This document shows, piece after piece, positions 61,457 to 64,000 of a stretch of DNA of 64,000 nt. The position numbers and the translations under genes are program-made. Each line of letters opens with the position of its first letter. Within the stretch, counting starts at the first letter, position 1. A model generated the notes under the pieces. The model was not told the DNA's origin. It saw only the letters and a list, made by a program, of their open reading frames with translations, and searched no databases. The stretch comes from Nitrospirota bacterium (GTDB taxonomy: Bacteria > Nitrospirota > UBA9217), in the NCBI GenBank assembly GCA_963751455.1, contig CAVVUN010000002.1, forward strand, positions 64,001-128,000, read 5' to 3'.

Positions 61457-62857
61457 ATGTCAGTAAAACTTACGATCATCGGCGCGGGGCCTGGCGGTTA
61501 TGTCGCCGCGATCCGCGCTGCGCAGAAAGGCGCGCACGTTACCGTTGTTGAAGACACGGAAGTGGGCGGAACCTGCCTGAACAGGGGATGCATCCCGACC
61601 AAGACGCTCATCGCCTCTGCTGAGGCGCTCAATCTGGTACGCCGGGCCGCTGACTACGGCGTCGATCTTCCAGGCGAAGCCGGATACAACCTCGCCAGGA
61701 TCCGGGAGCGAAAGGACAAGGTTGTCTCCCTGCAGGTGAAGGGCATTCGCGGGCTGTTCAAAAGCTGGGGAGTGACGGTCATCGAAGGCCGCGGCTCGCT
61801 CCTGTCTTCCGATACGGTAAGGGTCACCGGGAAAGACGGCGCGTCCGTGGACGTCAAGTCCGATAAGATAATCATTGCCACTGGTTCGAGCCCCGTAAAA
61901 TTTGCCGGTTTTCCTTTTGACGGAGAGAGCGTCATCACGAGCGACGAGGCAATCCAGCTCAAAAAAATCCCGAAGAGCCTGCTCATCGTCGGCGCAGGAG
62001 TCATCGGGTCCGAGTTCGCGTTCATCTACCGAAGCTTCGGAGCTGTGGTGTCGATCGTCGAAATGATGCCGCGCGCGCTTTCGACGGAAGACGAAGACAT
62101 GGCGGACATTATCGAGCGGGAATTCAAGAAGTCAGGAATCAAGCTTCAGACCAACGTGAAGATCGAGAACGTCGAGAAAGACCCGGAGGGCATGATCGTC
62201 GCAAAACTCTCGAACGGCCGCGAAATCCGTGCGGAGATGGTTCTTGTATCCATCGGCCGCGGCATGAACTCCGGGAACCTCGGTCTTGATGCCGTCGGAG
62301 TCGCGACGGGGAAGCGCGGGGAGATCATCGTGAATGACAGGATGGAAACTACGGCTCCGGGCGTCTACGCCGTCGGAGACGTTACCGGCAAGATCCTGCT
62401 TGCCCATGTCGCTTCGCAACAGGGACTTGTCGCCGTTGAGAACGCTCTCGGCAATGCAGAAACAATGGACTACACGGTTGTCCCGTCCGGCGTCTTCACC
62501 ATGCCCGAAATCGGCAGCGTCGGCTTACGGGAGCATGAGGCCCGAGAGAAAGGGATCAAGTACCATGTCGGCCGGTTCCCTTACCGTGCGCTCGGCAAGG
62601 CCCACGCCATGGGGGAGATCACCGGCATGGTTAAGGTGCTGTCCGATGCTGAATCGGACAAAGTCCTCGGGGTCCATATCTGCGGCGCTCACGCAACGGA
62701 CATGATCCATGAAGGCGCGCTTGCCATTCAAACGGGAACGACCGCTAAAAAGCTGGGGCAAATGATCCACGCCCATCCCACCCTTGCCGAGGCAGTCATG
62801 GAGGCGGCAGAGGACACGCATGGGTGCGCGATTCATATACCGAAGACGGCCAAGTGA
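61457..62857 (+). CDS. lpdA: Dihydrolipoamide dehydrogenase
   Basis: GAGPGG, GGTCLNRGCIPTK, LLAH and HAHPTLAE. Confidence 0.95.
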   Translation: MSVKLTIIGAGPGGYVAAIRAAQKGAHVTVVEDTEVGGTCLNRGCIPTKTLIASAEALNLVRRAADYGVDLPGEAGYNLARIRERKDKVVSLQVKGIRGLFKSWGVTVIEGRGSLLSSDTVRVTGKDGASVDVKSDKIIIATGSSPVKFAGFPFDGESVITSDEAIQLKKIPKSLLIVGAGVIGSEFAFIYRSFGAVVSIVEMMPRALSTEDEDMADIIEREFKKSGIKLQTNVKIENVEKDPEGMIVAKLSNGREIRAEMVLVSIGRGMNSGNLGLDAVGVATGKRGEIIVNDRMETTAPGVYAVGDVTGKILLAHVASQQGLVAVENALGNAETMDYTVVPSGVFTMPEIGSVGLREHEAREKGIKYHVGRFPYRALGKAHAMGEITGMVKVLSDAESDKVLGVHICGAHATDMIHEGALAIQTGTTAKKLGQMIHAHPTLAEAVMEAAEDTHGCAIHIPKTAK

Positions 62858-62928
62858 TTATCGATTGCGAATTTCGGATTGCAGATTTAGGTCAAGCTGA
62901 TTATTTTGTATTGATCTCAATAGAAGAT

Positions 62929-63420
62929 TCAAGCCCTGTAAGCATACAGCATACCGGTTAATAAGAGCACTGTAATGCCCATAAAAAAGTTGATTTTCAC
63001 CAGATTCAGGGATACTGTTTGCAGCTTCTGAACTTTTTCAGGATGGCCTCCTTCCGACGACAACCGTGCTATCCCTGGTGTCAGGACCAACCCTCGGTAA
63101 AAATGAATGCACGTCATTATTACTACGAACAGAATCTTTGCAACAAGCGATCTCACCCGCAGGGCGGAAAGTCCGGGGAAACCGGTAAAATCATGCGAAG
63201 CGACACTCATGAAGATTCCGCTTGCGATGATCAGAAAAATGCTGATATTTGCCAGCGGAACAAAGCGTTTGCTCAGAGGTCCCATGATTTTACCTGGTTG
63301 GTCAAGGGTCTTCCCCGCAACCGGGATGGCAACATACAAAATAAAAAAAATTCCGCCTATCCAGACAACTGCCGATAACAGATGCACCCACATAGTTACC
63401 GTCAACAATAATCGGTCCAT
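62929..63420 (-). CDS. CopD/DUF4149-like membrane protein
   Basis: HLLSAVVWIGG..F; 4 TM segments; RBS aggagg. Confidence 0.8.
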   Translation of the reverse strand: MDRLLLTVTMWVHLLSAVVWIGGIFFILYVAIPVAGKTLDQPGKIMGPLSKRFVPLANISIFLIIASGIFMSVASHDFTGFPGLSALRVRSLVAKILFVVIMTCIHFYRGLVLTPGIARLSSEGGHPEKVQKLQTVSLNLVKINFFMGITVLLLTGMLYAYRA

Positions 63421-63438
63421 TTCATAAACCTCCTGTAG

Positions 63439-63473
63439 AATTTCGTGGGGAGAATTCCTCCCCCCACGAAATT
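63439..63473. terminator. Intergenic hairpin (terminator or processing stem)
   Basis: AATTTCGTGGGG..CCCCACGAAATT. Confidence 0.55.
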
Positions 63474-63480
63474 TTGCCGC

Positions 63481-63594
63481 CTACTTCTTCTCCTTCATAG
63501 GTGGAACGCACCCGCAACCGCAGCCGCAGCTTGATGCCTTGGTCTCCTTTTCAACTTTCTCAGCGGTTGCGTTTTTTTCGGTCGTATCTGCCAT
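63481..63594 (-). CDS. 37-aa peptide with CGCGCGC motif (absent from ORF track)
   Basis: RBS AGGAGGTG; MADTTEKNATAEKVEKETKASSCGCGCGCVPPMKEKK. Confidence 0.7.
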   Translation of the reverse strand: MADTTEKNATAEKVEKETKASSCGCGCGCVPPMKEKK

Positions 63595-63793
63595 CACAGT
63601 CACCTCCTTCCGCGGCGATAGCCGTTGATTTCAGATTTTTGGTGTTCATTATAAGTTCGGATTCCAGGTCTTTTTTATATTCCCTTAATCGTATGAGCAG
63701 TTCTTTTTTACTAAAAGGTTTATCGTCAATTTTTGGTTCGCCTTTGCACGGATTTTTCAACTTAATGAATTCACTCCCCTGACACATACGCAA
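63560..63793 (-). CDS. Small coiled-coil protein (DUF5320-like), 3' end uncertain
   Basis: SKKE....LREYKKDLESEL resembles the neighbouring ORF; RBS aggag. Confidence 0.45.
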   Translation of the reverse strand: MRMCQGSEFIKLKNPCKGEPKIDDKPFSKKELLIRLREYKKDLESELIMNTKNLKSTAIAAEGGDCDGRYDRKKRNR

Positions 63794-63854
63794 CTGACTC
63801 CTTTATTAAGTTAATTAGCATCAACTTATATAATTAAGAAAAAAATATTTCTCT

Positions 63855-64000
63855 TCACTTTCTCTCAAGTTCTGAAATTCTCTTTTTAACCTGTTTCAGC
63901 TCGCTCTCAAGGCGTTTTCTATACTCAAGCAAAACTTCTTTTGGATCGGAGGCCCTTTTTTTCTTGCCGAGTTCACATCCGCACGTACAGATTTTTATCA
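63855..64000 (-). CDS. Small CTCGC plus coiled-coil protein (DUF5320-like), 5'-partial
   Basis: IKICTCGCELG..KEVLLEYRKRLESELKQVKKRISELERK*. Confidence 0.6.
   Translation of the reverse strand, partial: IKICTCGCELGKKKRASDPKEVLLEYRKRLESELKQVKKRISELERK

Overview
Bacterial chromosomal window, moderately GC-rich. Gene content suggests an anaerobic or microaerobic Nitrospirota- or Desulfobacterota-like organism (inference only). Housekeeping genes include pepN, a BamA-like gene, a SurA-like gene, sppA, recN, vorB plus ferredoxin, cysK, a cysteine desulfurase, an NtrX-like regulator, an ABC-2 exporter, a GH57 enzyme, uppS and lpdA, along with several two-component systems and a general-stress cluster. 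Three things are invisible or broken in the ORF track. (1) Four candidate selenoproteins, each with an in-frame TGA in a redox or catalytic-type context and a SECIS-like hairpin whose loop starts 18-22 nt downstream: a rhodanese lipoprotein (6197-7786), a dual-CxxC small protein (52435-52602), a thioredoxin-like NDPMGKRU protein (53411-53695) and a DsrE/TusD protein with a UGGC motif (53777-54133). The last three lie in or beside a sulfur-relay cluster: TusA-like, ArsR, DsrEFH, SQR, second ArsR, DsrE2-like, MMPL-LolA-like, outer-membrane barrel and LpdA. A 20-bp operator-like sequence is shared by two promoter regions in that cluster. (2) An AT-rich integron-cassette array without an integrase (about 9.9-16.3 kb), with three attC sites, two attI-like entry sites and HEPN or nuclease-like cargo. 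(3) Many MITE/REP-like and heptamer repeats, some inside coding sequence. Clustered frameshifts in the porin, ferritin-like, BamA-like and sensor-kinase genes most likely reflect indel errors in the assembly. No rRNA, tRNA or CRISPR array was seen.
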